From Dehalococcoidia bacterium (GTDB lineage Bacteria; Chloroflexota; Dehalococcoidia; Lucifugimonadales; UBA3495), in contig CBDFLN010000002.1 in the NCBI GenBank assembly GCA_965249215.1, forward strand, positions 305,180-369,179: DNA of 64,000 bases, in the 5' to 3' direction. This document shows, in pieces, positions 46,296 to 57,472 of this stretch. The notes beneath the pieces were generated by a model that ran no database searches, was not told the DNA's origin, and saw only the letters and a list, made by a program, of their open reading frames with translations. A program made the position numbers and the translations under genes. How positions within the stretch are numbered: the stretch's first letter is position 1; each line of letters begins with the position of its first letter.

Positions 46296-46991
46296 TCAGA
46301 CCGCGTAGGGCCGGACCGACCCGGAGCGCAGCCCCACCGCGGGGTGGTACTTTCCGCTGTGGACTGCGGTCAGGAACTCTTCCTCGTTGTTGATTTCGTC
46401 ATCGAAGGCGGTCACGAATCTACCCAATCCGTGGGCCGAGTGGGCGTCGCTGCCGCCGGTCGCGGGCATTCCCAGCATCGAGGCTACGCGCATGGCGAAT
46501 TCGTTTTCCCGGTCCTGGGTACCGCCGTTGGCCGCCTCTACCGCATGGGCCAGCTTGAATACCGGGTGGTCCAAGGCGTCCTCGGGCTTCTCCGGCAGAG
46601 GGTCGTCTACCGATTGGTAAATGAGGGCGTTGTGCCTGCGGTTTTGGGTCAGCACGGCCCGGAAAGGGTGGGCAGTTATTATGAAGCCGCCTACCTCGTC
46701 GGCGGCCTTCCGCAACTGCGCGGCTTTGTGAAAGCCCGATTGGAAGCGGTCCAAGCCAAAGGCCAGCATGTGGCCCATGTCCGTCTCCACCTCCATTGCC
46801 CTCACCAGCACCATGTTGTGGAGGCTGGCAAAGCGCTGGAACTCGTGGCGGTCCCACGGGCCGCTGTGCTCCGTGATGCATAAACCCCGCAGCCCCAGCC
46901 GCTCCGCTTCCAGAATCAGGTCGTCGGGCTTAAGGCTGCTGTCGCTGCTCCCCTTGGTAGTGTGGATGTGGAGGTCGAACAGTTTGGCCAT
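46296..46991 (-). CDS. PHP-domain metal-dependent phosphoesterase
   Basis: FDLHIHTTKGSSDS and CITEH motifs. Confidence 0.8.
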   Translation of the reverse strand: MAKLFDLHIHTTKGSSDSSLKPDDLILEAERLGLRGLCITEHSGPWDRHEFQRFASLHNMVLVRAMEVETDMGHMLAFGLDRFQSGFHKAAQLRKAADEVGGFIITAHPFRAVLTQNRRHNALIYQSVDDPLPEKPEDALDHPVFKLAHAVEAANGGTQDRENEFAMRVASMLGMPATGGSDAHSAHGLGRFVTAFDDEINNEEEFLTAVHSGKYHPAVGLRSGSVRPYAV

Positions 46992-47080
46992 ATATTGCCG
47001 GTCGGGCGTCGCCGCCTGGGGCTGACGCTCCGGTAAGTCTATCCGGGATACCTGAACCCGTCAATGCGCCGAAATTTCAA

Positions 47081-47113
47081 ATTCCGTACCATTCCGTACC
47101 ATTCTGTCCCATT
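47081..47113. repeat. 10-bp tandem repeat, about 3 copies
   Basis: attccgtacc attccgtacc attctgtccc att. Confidence 0.85.
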
Positions 47114-47342
47114 TTGACTGGCCTGCGAGTGGCCGGTTGGGGCTGGGCATTCCTCTCCCGGCGTCACCGAAATGTGACAAGTCTGTGACAGGCGCCCTGG
47201 CATAGGTCATCACATCTTAGTTTGGGAGTGGACTGCGGGACTGTCAAGGACGGTTTGTCAGTTGGGCGCCACGGTGATTGTTGCGGCTAGTAGTTTGCCG
47301 TATCAGGTCGGACAGGAGTGGAGCAGTGGTTGCCGGGTCAGT

Positions 47343-47370
47343 GTAGGGGCGAAAAATGTTTCGCCCCTAC
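47343..47370. repeat. Perfect 12-bp-stem palindrome (REP-like element)
   Basis: gtaggggcgaaa-aatg-tttcgcccctac. No U-tract follows on either strand. Confidence 0.85.
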
Positions 47371-47485
47371 CTGGATGGAGCGGTGCCGTGGTGCGGTTCA
47401 GACCGCATTGACCCTAGCCAGAGATTTGAGATTCCTCGGCTACGCTCGGAATGACATGGTATTCCTACTGGGGTAGGTTGCGGCG

Positions 47486-48250
47486 CTAATCGGGTGGGTC
47501 GCGGGGGAGGGTGTAGCCGAGGGATCGGAGGAAAGTCAGGTCGTCGGGGGTTAGCTGGGCTGACTTTAGCAGCTCCGGGCGGCGTTCGAAGGTGCGGCGT
47601 AATGACTCCCGGCGTCGCCACCGGGCTATCTCTTCATGGTGGCCCGAACGCAGTATCTCCGGGACGTCCATGCCCCGGTACTCCGCCGGGCGGGTGTACA
47701 GGGGGTGCTGGAGGAGGCCCGAGGTGAACGAGTCCTCAGAGACGCTGTCGGGGGAGCCGACAACCCCCGGCGTAAGCCGCGACACCGAGTCCACCAACAC
47801 CATCGCCGCCGGCTCGCCCCCGGTCAGCACGAAGTCCCCGATGCTTATCTCCCGGGTCGCCAGCCCACGGGCTACCCGTTCGTCTACCCCGCCGTAATGG
47901 CCGCATATCAACACCAGCGCGGGCGCCTGGGAGAGTTCCTCGGCGATGTCCTGGTTGAACAACTCCCCCTGGGGCGACAGGAGCACCACCGGGATCTGCG
48001 GCCGCTGCTCGGCGGGGTACTGTCCCAACACGTCGTCCACCGCCTCGAATACGGGCTCCGGTTTGAGCACCATGCCCGGCCCGCCGCCGAACTGATAGTC
48101 GTCCGCCGTCCTGTGGGCGTCGTTGGTGTAGTCCCGCAGGTCTGTGACTTCTATGGACACCAGGCCGTCGGCCGAGGCCATTCCCAGCATGCTGTACTGG
48201 AAAGGCCCATCGAAGGCCTCGGGGAAGAGGGTCAAGACGTGGAAGCGCAT
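47486..48250 (-). CDS. trmD: tRNA (guanine37-N1)-methyltransferase
   Basis: MRFHVLTLFPE.., LLSPQG, CGHYGGVDERV and SIGDFVLTGGE motifs. Confidence 0.95.
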   Translation of the reverse strand: MRFHVLTLFPEAFDGPFQYSMLGMASADGLVSIEVTDLRDYTNDAHRTADDYQFGGGPGMVLKPEPVFEAVDDVLGQYPAEQRPQIPVVLLSPQGELFNQDIAEELSQAPALVLICGHYGGVDERVARGLATREISIGDFVLTGGEPAAMVLVDSVSRLTPGVVGSPDSVSEDSFTSGLLQHPLYTRPAEYRGMDVPEILRSGHHEEIARWRRRESLRRTFERRPELLKSAQLTPDDLTFLRSLGYTLPRDPPD

Positions 48251-48556
48251 CGCAAAGAGCTACCGACAATAAGCTTTCGAGGGACTGTGTGATGCTAGAC
48301 AAGCGACTTTCCCTTGTCAAGAAAGGCCCGTCCCCTCCCGTCTTTCGACGCTGCGTACCGGCGGACAACAACGCCTTTTCCGGCAAAAGTCCTCTGCCAA
48401 AAGCAAGGAAGGGGACAACCATTCCGGCTATAATTTTGTGTGGGCCCTTCGCGAGACAGTCCCTACGCGTGGTAGGCCCTACATAGAACAAGCCCTGGCC
48501 GACAGGCCGTAACCGGCGTCGGGAGTACAGGGCCAATGACATCTCGGGGGTAGGGG

Positions 48557-49579
48557 ATGAAGTGCGTGGCCCTCTTTCGCTGCTTTGGACTCCTGTTGGT
48601 TGCATTTCTGGCTTTCGCCGCCTTGGCCTGCGGCGGGTCATCGGGGGATAACATTGTCTTCGTGTCCGACATGGACGGCGACGACGAGATATACCTGTTG
48701 GACCCCGACAAAGGGGACCTGGTCAAGCTGACCGACAACCAGGCCCGGGACTTCGACCCACGGCTGTCGCCCGACGGCAGGCGCGTTGTTTACCTCTCCG
48801 ACGAGGCGGGAGACCTGACCGTCAACCTGGTGGACCGCAAGGGAGAAGCGGTCACAAGGCTCACCGATTCGCCCGGCGCCGGAGTAACACCTCTGTGGTC
48901 CCCCGACGGGCTGCGTTTGGCCTACGTCTCCCAGCGCGACGGCAATCCCGAGGTCTACATCATGGCCTCCACCGGCCGCGGGAAGACCAGGGTCACCTCC
49001 AACTCCAACGGAGACGTCATCGGGGACTGGTCTCCCGACGGGGAATGGCTGGTGCTTTATCGCCCCCTGGGTGAACCGGAACAGGGGCTAATGCTGCGCA
49101 ATCCCGACGGCGTTAACCTGGTCCAGCTCACGCCGGAGCAAGACTCCGGGGCCGTGTGGTCTCCCGACGGCAAAAGCATTGCCTTTGTCAGGAGCGACGG
49201 GGAGAACTCCGACATCTACGTGGTCAGAAAACTGAAAGACGCCTCCTGGCAGGACGACACCGAGCTCAACCGGTTGACCCAGCACGAGGCTGCCGACCAT
49301 TCTCCCGCCTGGTCCCCCGACAGCGAGACCATCGCGTTTGTCTCCAGCCGGGACGGCAACGCCGAGGTTTACACCATGCGCGCCGACGGCTCAGGCCAGC
49401 GGCGGCTCACCCGAAACGAGTCCGAGGACATTGCCCCCGTATGGTCTGAGAACGGCCAGCGCATCGCCTTCGTATCCTTTCTCTTCGGAGCGGGCGAACT
49501 CTTTGTCATGGACTCCGACGGGGGACGGCAGCGGAGGGTCACCAACAACCGCGCGGAGGACCACTCGCCCGACTGGTAG
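48557..49579 (+). CDS. TolB-like PD40 beta-propeller protein with lipoprotein-type signal
   Basis: Signal ..FAALACGGSSG. It has repeated SPDG..(I/V)A(F/Y)VS PD40 blades. Confidence 0.8.
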   Translation: MKCVALFRCFGLLLVAFLAFAALACGGSSGDNIVFVSDMDGDDEIYLLDPDKGDLVKLTDNQARDFDPRLSPDGRRVVYLSDEAGDLTVNLVDRKGEAVTRLTDSPGAGVTPLWSPDGLRLAYVSQRDGNPEVYIMASTGRGKTRVTSNSNGDVIGDWSPDGEWLVLYRPLGEPEQGLMLRNPDGVNLVQLTPEQDSGAVWSPDGKSIAFVRSDGENSDIYVVRKLKDASWQDDTELNRLTQHEAADHSPAWSPDSETIAFVSSRDGNAEVYTMRADGSGQRRLTRNESEDIAPVWSENGQRIAFVSFLFGAGELFVMDSDGGRQRRVTNNRAEDHSPDW

Positions 49580-49720
49580 GCCCCCGGTGTCCTGACGCAC
49601 CTGGGTCGTAGGCTCCCGGTAGACCCCCGCCGCCTTGGGTGCTACACTCCCCGCGTCATCCGCCCGGCTGAACGCGGCCCCTCACAAGTCCGCCGGCCGG
49701 TTAGCGACAGCGAGTAACCC

Positions 49721-50314
49721 ATGCAATACCGGTCCATTGCGCCAATGATGAGCCAACTCTGGTCGCCCATGGCCGCGGTAACCAGTTCATGGCAGGGCAA
49801 GGTCAACGCCCAGATAGTCGTGGCTGTCGGCGGTTCCTCTATTGTGCCCAGCCAACCGCGCGTAGCCGTGCAAATCTACAAGAGCAATTTCACCCACGAC
49901 CAGGTCTACCGCAGCGGCGTCTTAGCCGTGAACTTCCTCAGACGAGACCAACTCCACCTGATACCGGCCTTGGGCCTGGTCTCCGGCCGGGACAAGGACA
50001 AGCTCTCGGGCATTGCCCATCATCCGGGCGACACGGGCTGCCCGGTGCTGGAGGACTGCTGGGGCTACCTGGACTGCCGCGTGGTCAACGCCATGGACGG
50101 CGGTGACATGACCTGCTTCTTGGCTGAGGTGGTAGCCGGGGAATGCAGGAACGAAGAAGGCCCGCTATGGTGGCGAGACGCGGCCCGCCAACTGCCCCAG
50201 GACGTGATGAAGGAGTGGGACCGCAAGATACAGGGCGAAATCCAGTTCTCCGGCCCTCGCATGAAGGAAATCAGCCCCATTTCCTGGGACCCTGGGTCCC
50301 TTCCCCAGTCCTGA
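49721..50314 (+). CDS. Flavin reductase-like (split-barrel FMN-binding) protein
   Basis: 197-aa ORF. General resemblance to flavin reductase domain proteins, from memory. Confidence 0.65.
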   Translation: MQYRSIAPMMSQLWSPMAAVTSSWQGKVNAQIVVAVGGSSIVPSQPRVAVQIYKSNFTHDQVYRSGVLAVNFLRRDQLHLIPALGLVSGRDKDKLSGIAHHPGDTGCPVLEDCWGYLDCRVVNAMDGGDMTCFLAEVVAGECRNEEGPLWWRDAARQLPQDVMKEWDRKIQGEIQFSGPRMKEISPISWDPGSLPQS

Positions 50315-50315
50315 C

Positions 50316-51473
50316 TTGGGTTTTGGGCTTGCCGCGGTGGACGACGTCCAGGACATAGTATCCAAGATTCACGACTCCCCTCACCAGGCGGTGCTGGCCG
50401 TGGCCGGCGCGGGCAGCCAGGCGGTGGCGTGGTTGCTGGGCCGCCCCGGAGCATCCCGCACCGTGCTCGAGGCCATAGTTCCCTACGGGCCGAAGTCGAT
50501 GTTGGACTTCCTGGGGTTCGAGCCCGCGCAGTCCGTAAGCCGGGATACAGCCCGCAGCATGGCCAAGGCGGCCTACCAACAGGCGCAGCGTCTGGGCGCT
50601 GCCGAAACACCCTTGGTGGGGCTGGCATGTACCGCCGCCATCGCCACCGACCGCGTCAGGCGGGGCCAACACCGTTGCCACGTCGCCGTTTGGGACGATG
50701 CCGGGTGGACCGCGTACGACCTGCACCTGGAAAAAGGCCGGAGAGACCGGGAGGCCGAGGAGGACATGGCCAGCAGGCTGGCGCTCCTGGCCCTGGCCGG
50801 GGCCTGCGGCGTCCGGGAAACCCCGGACCTGGGCCTGACTCCCGGCGATTCTCTAGATACCATCGAGCATCCCCACCCGCCTCCCTTGGAGCGGTTGCTT
50901 TCCGGCGAGGCCGGCTTTGTCACGGTGAGCGCCGACGGCGCCATGACCGTCGACCATCCGGCTCCCGCCGCCCTGCTGCCGGGTTCCTTCAATCCGCTGC
51001 ACCAGGGGCACGAGGCATTGGCCCAGGCAGCTTCCGACATTCTGGGCACGGATGTTGCCTACGAGCTATCCGTCACCAACGTCGATAAGCCTGCGCTAAC
51101 TGCCGAGGAGGCCGGGGAGAGGCTGTCCCAGTTCAGAGGCAAGGGGGCTGTCGTGCTGACCCGCGCCGACACCTATCACAAGAAGGCGGCCCTCTTTCCG
51201 GGCTGCACCTTCGTCATCGGGTGGGACACCGCCGTCCGTCTGGTGGAACCCCGATACTACGGTAGCGACCAGGCTGCCATGACCGCGGCCCTCCTGGACA
51301 TCTGGGCCTTGGGTTGCCGCTTCCTGGTGGCGGGCCGACAGGTACAGGGCGGGTTCCGGACGCTGGCCGACGTGGGCGTACCCCAGGGATTCGACAGCCT
51401 GTTTCAGGGCATTCCCGAGTCCGTATTTCGCTTCGACATTTCCTCCACTGCCCTGCGGGACCTGGACGGCTGA
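50316..51473 (+). CDS. Two-domain protein: CinA-C/PncC-like N-terminal region plus cytidylyltransferase-like C-terminal domain
   Basis: The N-terminal LAVAGAGSQAVAWLLGRPGASRTVLEAIVPY resembles the CinA-C fold. The C-terminal LLPGSFNPLHQGHEAL carries the GxFxPxHxGH nucleotidyltransferase motif. Confidence 0.6.
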   Translation: MGFGLAAVDDVQDIVSKIHDSPHQAVLAVAGAGSQAVAWLLGRPGASRTVLEAIVPYGPKSMLDFLGFEPAQSVSRDTARSMAKAAYQQAQRLGAAETPLVGLACTAAIATDRVRRGQHRCHVAVWDDAGWTAYDLHLEKGRRDREAEEDMASRLALLALAGACGVRETPDLGLTPGDSLDTIEHPHPPPLERLLSGEAGFVTVSADGAMTVDHPAPAALLPGSFNPLHQGHEALAQAASDILGTDVAYELSVTNVDKPALTAEEAGERLSQFRGKGAVVLTRADTYHKKAALFPGCTFVIGWDTAVRLVEPRYYGSDQAAMTAALLDIWALGCRFLVAGRQVQGGFRTLADVGVPQGFDSLFQGIPESVFRFDISSTALRDLDG

Positions 51474-51664
51474 GGCCGGGGCGGGCGTGGGCCGTGCGTC
51501 TGCTCCACCGCACCAACGGCGTTCCACGCCAACCTCCCGGGGTCATACGCGGCAGGTTTGCCATAGCTGTGACCTAAATTCCCTTCTGGCCCAACGTGAG
51601 AGAAGCGCAAAATGCTTTTCGCGCCCAGTTTGTTTCTGAAACCCATGACTTTCATCCCTAAAGT

Positions 51665-51832
51665 ATGTATGAGATATGCATCGACAGCAGAGAGGTGATA
51701 CGAAGGTTGGACCGGGAAGGCTGGGAACTTGACCGAGTGAACGGGAGCCACCACATCTTTGCGAACCCAGGAAAGCCGGGCTCTGTTACGGCTCCCCATC
51801 CCAGGAAGGACTTGGGAATGAAGATTCTTTAG
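51665..51832 (+). CDS. hicA: HicA-family toxin (short C-terminus)
   Basis: 55-aa ORF not in the track: MYEICIDSREVIRRLDREGWELDRVNGSHHIFANPGKPGSVTAPHPRKDLGMKIL. The GW..(x5)GSHH.F...G....V.PHP.KDL pattern fits HicA. Its last 47 nt overlap the recombinase gene. Confidence 0.7.
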   Translation: MYEICIDSREVIRRLDREGWELDRVNGSHHIFANPGKPGSVTAPHPRKDLGMKIL

Positions 51833-53417
51833 ACGCAATTGCGACGGACTCAGGCTCAGGGGAATCACCGTCGATGGGTATAGCCAGCGTGATGTCCACG
51901 TTGTTGTCCCTATCGATGACGACCTGCTCCACGATCATCTGGAGAATCTCCTTGCGCTGCTCGGGGGTCAACTCGTCCAGTCCCTGGCCGACCTCTCTCG
52001 CCCAGGCTAGGACAGCCTCCATCAGCCGCCGCTTCTCAGCTCCGCCCACCTCCTGAGCATGGTAATCGTCCAGCTTCGCCCTGGCGCTCTCAAGCCGCTC
52101 GGTGATGAACTTGCGCTGATGGTCGAGTTGGGCCTCGGTGATCTTCCCCGACACGAACAGCCTGATGGCGCGGTCCTCTTCCATCTGGATGCTCCGCAGG
52201 TCTCGCTCGGCTTGGGCGATCTCCTCCTCCAATCCGCCGCCCTCTGGAGAATCGAGGGTGTCGATACCGGCGACGATCAGGTCGGGGTTCTGGATTACCC
52301 GCTTCACCTCGCTCCATATCGGCTCCTCCAACCGCTCCGCCCGGATGTAGGGACGCTCCCGACAGCGCAGGCGCATACTCTGCATTCCGTTGCACATGTA
52401 GTATCGGTTGGGAGTGGGAAGGTCGTAGCGGTACTTCTTGCCGTTGCGAACGTTGGTGGTGCTCCGGGTGCATCTTGCATGGAAATTGTGGCCACACTCG
52501 CCGCATTTCAGAAGGTGCTGCAACAGGTAGAGCACATTCGTGTTCCTCTTGGCCTTCCTGCTCCGCTGCTTCTTCAGCGCCTGCGCCCGCTCCCAGGTCT
52601 CGTCGTCGATGATCTGCGGGACCGGGATCTCAATCCAGGTGTCCCTCGGCTGGTCGTAGATCTTCATTCCGTCCTCGGTGGAGATGTGGCGGTACCTGCC
52701 GTAGACCCAGGTACCCGTGTAGGTGGTATTCCCCAGGATGTGGTGCACGCGGGACTGAAGCCATAGCAGCTTGCCGGTCTGAGTGGGGATTCCCTCGTCG
52801 GTCAGCCGCACGGCAATGGAGTAGGACCCCATCCCCTCATGGACGTACATGTGGAAGATGCGGCGCACAACCTCGGCCTGCTCCTCAATCGCCTCGGGCC
52901 TGCCGTCGTCCCCGATGCGGTATCCGTAGGGGAGGCCGCCGGTGGGCACCCGTCCCTGCTTGGCCGTCCCCCGCTTGCCCATAGTGGACCGCTCCCGGAA
53001 GTTGTCCAGCTCGATCTTGCCGATGGCCGCCATGAGTCCGAAGGTCTTCATGTCGATGGAGTCCATGACGGCTTCCAGCCGTATCTGGTGGGCCTCGACG
53101 ACCTCCATGAGGGCGGCGGCGGGGTACATCCCCCGGCTGAGCCGGTCTGATTTCCAGCAGACGATGGTGTCAAAGCGCCCGCGTTTGGCGTCGGCCAGCA
53201 TCCGGAGGAACTCGGGGCGCTTCTTGGACCAGCCCCTGCCCACCTCCTGGTAGCGGGCGGTAATAGTCATGCCCTTGGCCTCGCAGTAGGCTTCCATCTC
53301 GTTGCTCTGCTCGGAGAGGGAGGTCTTGTCGTCCTCAGCCTGGCTCTTGTCCGATACGCGGGCGTAGATGACCGCCCTCTTGCCGTTTGCCTGTCTCTGT
53401 GTCCTGGTTCCCGCCAC
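51786..53417 (-). CDS. Large serine recombinase
   Basis: Resolvase catalytic N-terminus RAVIYARVSDKSQ, recombinase domain, Zn-ribbon (CGECGHNFH..C) and coiled-coil C-terminus. GTG start after AAAGGAGGAAATC. Confidence 0.9.
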   Translation of the reverse strand: MAGTRTQRQANGKRAVIYARVSDKSQAEDDKTSLSEQSNEMEAYCEAKGMTITARYQEVGRGWSKKRPEFLRMLADAKRGRFDTIVCWKSDRLSRGMYPAAALMEVVEAHQIRLEAVMDSIDMKTFGLMAAIGKIELDNFRERSTMGKRGTAKQGRVPTGGLPYGYRIGDDGRPEAIEEQAEVVRRIFHMYVHEGMGSYSIAVRLTDEGIPTQTGKLLWLQSRVHHILGNTTYTGTWVYGRYRHISTEDGMKIYDQPRDTWIEIPVPQIIDDETWERAQALKKQRSRKAKRNTNVLYLLQHLLKCGECGHNFHARCTRSTTNVRNGKKYRYDLPTPNRYYMCNGMQSMRLRCRERPYIRAERLEEPIWSEVKRVIQNPDLIVAGIDTLDSPEGGGLEEEIAQAERDLRSIQMEEDRAIRLFVSGKITEAQLDHQRKFITERLESARAKLDDYHAQEVGGAEKRRLMEAVLAWAREVGQGLDELTPEQRKEILQMIVEQVVIDRDNNVDITLAIPIDGDSPEPESVAIASKESSFPSPSWDGEP

Positions 53418-53452
53418 GATTTCCTCCTTTCATTCTCGTACCCTGTGAAACC

Positions 53453-53485
53453 AAAAAAGACCCGCCTCCTGTCGGGAGCGGGTCT
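53453..53485 (-). terminator. Rho-independent terminator of the upstream minus-strand operon
   Basis: On the minus strand, GACCCGC..GCGGGTC forms a GC-rich hairpin followed by TTTTTT. It sits between the PAPS-reductase-like gene and the recombinase RBS. Confidence 0.65.
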
Positions 53486-53625
53486 GCGAGTAGTACAATC
53501 ACATCGCATCACCTGCTTCGTACAGGTGGAGCCACGGCCCGGGGTGTTTGCAGCATCGCCGGGCCAACCTCTACCCAGCATTTTACCGCGAATGCCGCGG
53601 CATGGTCAACGGGCTGTCCGCCCCG

Positions 53626-55199
<1,574 letters not shown>

Positions 55200-55200
<1 letters not shown>

Positions 55201-55409
55201 CAGCCCTCCTCCCCGCCGCCGTCCGGAGATGAGTCCGCACGAGGCGGGAGTTGCCTGTCCCTCACGGCGTACTTGACGAGCAGGGTGAAGAGGCGGCGCA
55301 GCCGGTCCTGGGCGTCGGGTCCGGGGTTGAAGTCGATGCTCACGACCCGCAGCTCACCGGGGTCTTTCCTGGCGCCTTTGGGTTCGTGCTGGTTCTTGGT
55401 CTCTTCCAT
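55200..55409 (-). CDS. Small protein, function unknown (first gene of the PAPS-reductase-like operon)
   Basis: 69-aa ORF. Its stop overlaps the downstream start (ATGA). Confidence 0.5.
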
Positions 55410-55548
55410 ATCGGTCTTTCAGTGACGCCGACGCTGACCATGTGGGCCGGTTGCACCGAGCCTGCGCTGCGTCTGTTGGTGTCGTTCGGTTCCTCGTTCA
55501 TCTTTGTGGGCGAACTCCCGTTCTCTTTCAGTGTGGGGGACCGGAAAG

Positions 55549-55572
55549 TTGGGCGTAATCCCCTATAGGGGT
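55549..55572. repeat. 24-bp repeat with palindromic core CCCCTATAGGGG, copy 1
   Basis: ttgggcgtaatcccctataggggt is identical to 56321-56344. It lies about 140 nt upstream of the minus-strand ORF that starts at 55409. Confidence 0.9.
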
Positions 55573-55734
55573 CTGATGAAAGAAGCCAGGACGCACGGCG
55601 GGTGTGGCTCGCGGCAGCCGACTGCCAAGGTTGGGATGGGCGATGGCTTGGGCTTGAGTTTCTCAGGGACGATGAGGGGCGTGAGAGGAGGCCCCTGGAG
55701 TTCGATCCAGGGGATGAGGGCGATGCGACGGAAT

Positions 55735-55995
55735 CTATCGGCGGTGGAAGGTACCCTTTGACAACAAATGGGCGAGCTTCAACTCCTCGGCCAGGTCCAG
55801 CAGCGCAAGGAGGTGCAGTGCGTTGGGCCGGGTACCAGCCCGCCACCGCCTCAGGGTGAGGGTATTCGTCCCCAGACGGCGGGCCATCTCACCCCAGGTG
55901 AGGCCGGAGGCGTCCTTGAACCGCTCCAGACTCCGCGGGAAGTCGTTGGGAAAGTGGTGAATCGTCCTCCGGTAGTTGATGCGTTGACGAGGCAA
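55735..55995 (-). CDS. Helix-turn-helix DNA-binding protein
   Basis: 86 aa. GLTWGEMARRLGTNTLTLRRWRAG is an HTH-like segment. Confidence 0.65.
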   Translation of the reverse strand: MPRQRINYRRTIHHFPNDFPRSLERFKDASGLTWGEMARRLGTNTLTLRRWRAGTRPNALHLLALLDLAEELKLAHLLSKGTFHRR

Positions 55996-56019
55996 TGGTT
56001 TAGTCCTCCCTCAGTGAGA

Positions 56020-56256
56020 TCAAGAAGTCCTCTCCGACCATGAGGTCCAGGCCCCCAGGAACCCACCGGGCAATGCGGACCAGGGAGCGATAGGCTCCGC
56101 CGCATGGCTCCGTTCCCCGCCGCCACCTGAGCATCTGCTTGCGGCCAATACCAGGTTGCTTGCGGGGATGGCCGCCAGCGCCGCCAGGAGCAGCGCCCCG
56201 GCGATGGGCGTCAGCCGCATCGCCTTTATGGATTTCAGGGTCGATCTCAGTGCCAT
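56020..56256 (-). CDS. Small protein with N-terminal signal/TM segment
   Basis: AAGGAGGTG RBS lies 6 nt before ATG 56256-56254. The protein begins MALRSTLKSIKAMRLTPIAGALLLAALAAIPA... Confidence 0.5.
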   Translation of the reverse strand: MALRSTLKSIKAMRLTPIAGALLLAALAAIPASNLVLAASRCSGGGGERSHAAEPIAPWSALPGGFLGAWTSWSERTS

Positions 56257-56320
56257 CTCTTCACCTCCTTGGGGGTCATGGAACAGTGGTTCCTGCAATC
56301 GAGTGTGAGCGCCCCGGAGA

Positions 56321-56344
56321 TTGGGCGTAATCCCCTATAGGGGT
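56321..56344. repeat. 24-bp repeat with palindromic core CCCCTATAGGGG, copy 2
   Basis: Identical to 55549-55572. It lies about 65 nt upstream of the ORF that starts at 56256. Confidence 0.9.
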
Positions 56345-56644
56345 GTTCACCCATGAACCCCCTTATAAGACCCTCCCAAGAGGGGGCCGTCTGTGATGTC
56401 ATAGCCGTGTACAGAGATTTGAGTTTGTTCCAAAAAGGGAAATCGGGGTCCTGAGCAAGCTAAATCAGGGGTAAATCAGCCCCTACAGGACGGAAACAGT
56501 GAACACTTTGTCGAAAGGGCTGGTTCCAGGGGGTGGCAGCAGAGTCCGTAGTGGGGACCGACATCGCTGCGAGGCGTGGAAACGGGCCTCATTGCAGGAA
56601 AAGCGGGTCAAAACGACATCGTTGCAGGGAAGGAGGGGTTTGTT

Positions 56645-57472
56645 ATGAGTTCGAGAGGAAGGCCGTTGGAAAGAACGAGGAGCATCGAGGACCTGCACGA
56701 GCTAAGGCTCATGGCGCTGCTTCACGACCTGGTGAGGAAGCATCAGCGCAAAGGGGCGGGGGAGATGCTGGGCGTCGATCCCCGGACGGTGAAGGCGTGT
56801 CTGGAGCAAGGAGCGCTCTCCAAGTGGATGCGGACCGCATTGGAAGCCCAGCTGCTGTCCAGGGAGAAAGCGGCGATGGCGGCACAGCAGGAGCGCATCG
56901 AAGCCCTGGAGCAGCGCATGGAGGCGTTCGAGCAACAGATCACCAGCGGCCTCGGAGAGATGCGGACCACTATGGAGGGCGAGATCAAGGCGCTCAAAGA
57001 CGAACACGCGGGGGCGCTGCGGCAGTGGGAACGGCGTCTGGCCCAGGTGGAGGCGGGATACGGCGGAGCGTCAGCGGCCAGCGCAGAGAAACAGCCCGTG
57101 ACGACGGGTGTGACCCGGCGGCGGTATCCCGAGCTGGTGACCGTCGAGCCTGCTCTCGATGACGAGGCGGTCTTCGGTGCGGCGTGGCCGCTGATCGACG
57201 AGTGGCGCACGCTCAGAGCGAGTCATCCCATCGGGGGCAAGAGTCTGTCGTGGCTGGTGACGCACGAGCGTATCCTGGAGCTGGAGCTGGCCATGCTGGA
57301 GAAGCACGGGCTGACCTTGCCCCCTGAACCCATGCCGCTCACGGGGCACTGGAGGAGAGGGCAGCTATCCTGGCGCTGGACGGCGCTCTACGACACCCAG
57401 AGGGCGCGGGTCAAGCGGGAGTTGCTCAGGTGGGTGCGCCGGATCCTCACCCTGGGCCTGTGGCGGAAGTAG
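56645..57472 (+). CDS. Coiled-coil protein, function unknown
   Basis: GGAAGGAGGGG RBS lies before ATG 56645. The central region is heptad-like (EALEQRMEAFEQQI..). Confidence 0.55.
   Translation: MSSRGRPLERTRSIEDLHELRLMALLHDLVRKHQRKGAGEMLGVDPRTVKACLEQGALSKWMRTALEAQLLSREKAAMAAQQERIEALEQRMEAFEQQITSGLGEMRTTMEGEIKALKDEHAGALRQWERRLAQVEAGYGGASAASAEKQPVTTGVTRRRYPELVTVEPALDDEAVFGAAWPLIDEWRTLRASHPIGGKSLSWLVTHERILELELAMLEKHGLTLPPEPMPLTGHWRRGQLSWRWTALYDTQRARVKRELLRWVRRILTLGLWRK

Noticed and set aside
47736-48641. 301-aa minus-strand ORF overlapping trmD
   Set aside because: It is in a different frame from the motif-rich trmD, and its R/G/P-rich sequence has no recognisable motif.
55692-55713. cccctggaGTTCGATccagggg T-arm-like hairpin
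   Set aside because: The loop length is wrong (8 nt with a 6-bp stem), and no acceptor, D or anticodon arms can be built around it.
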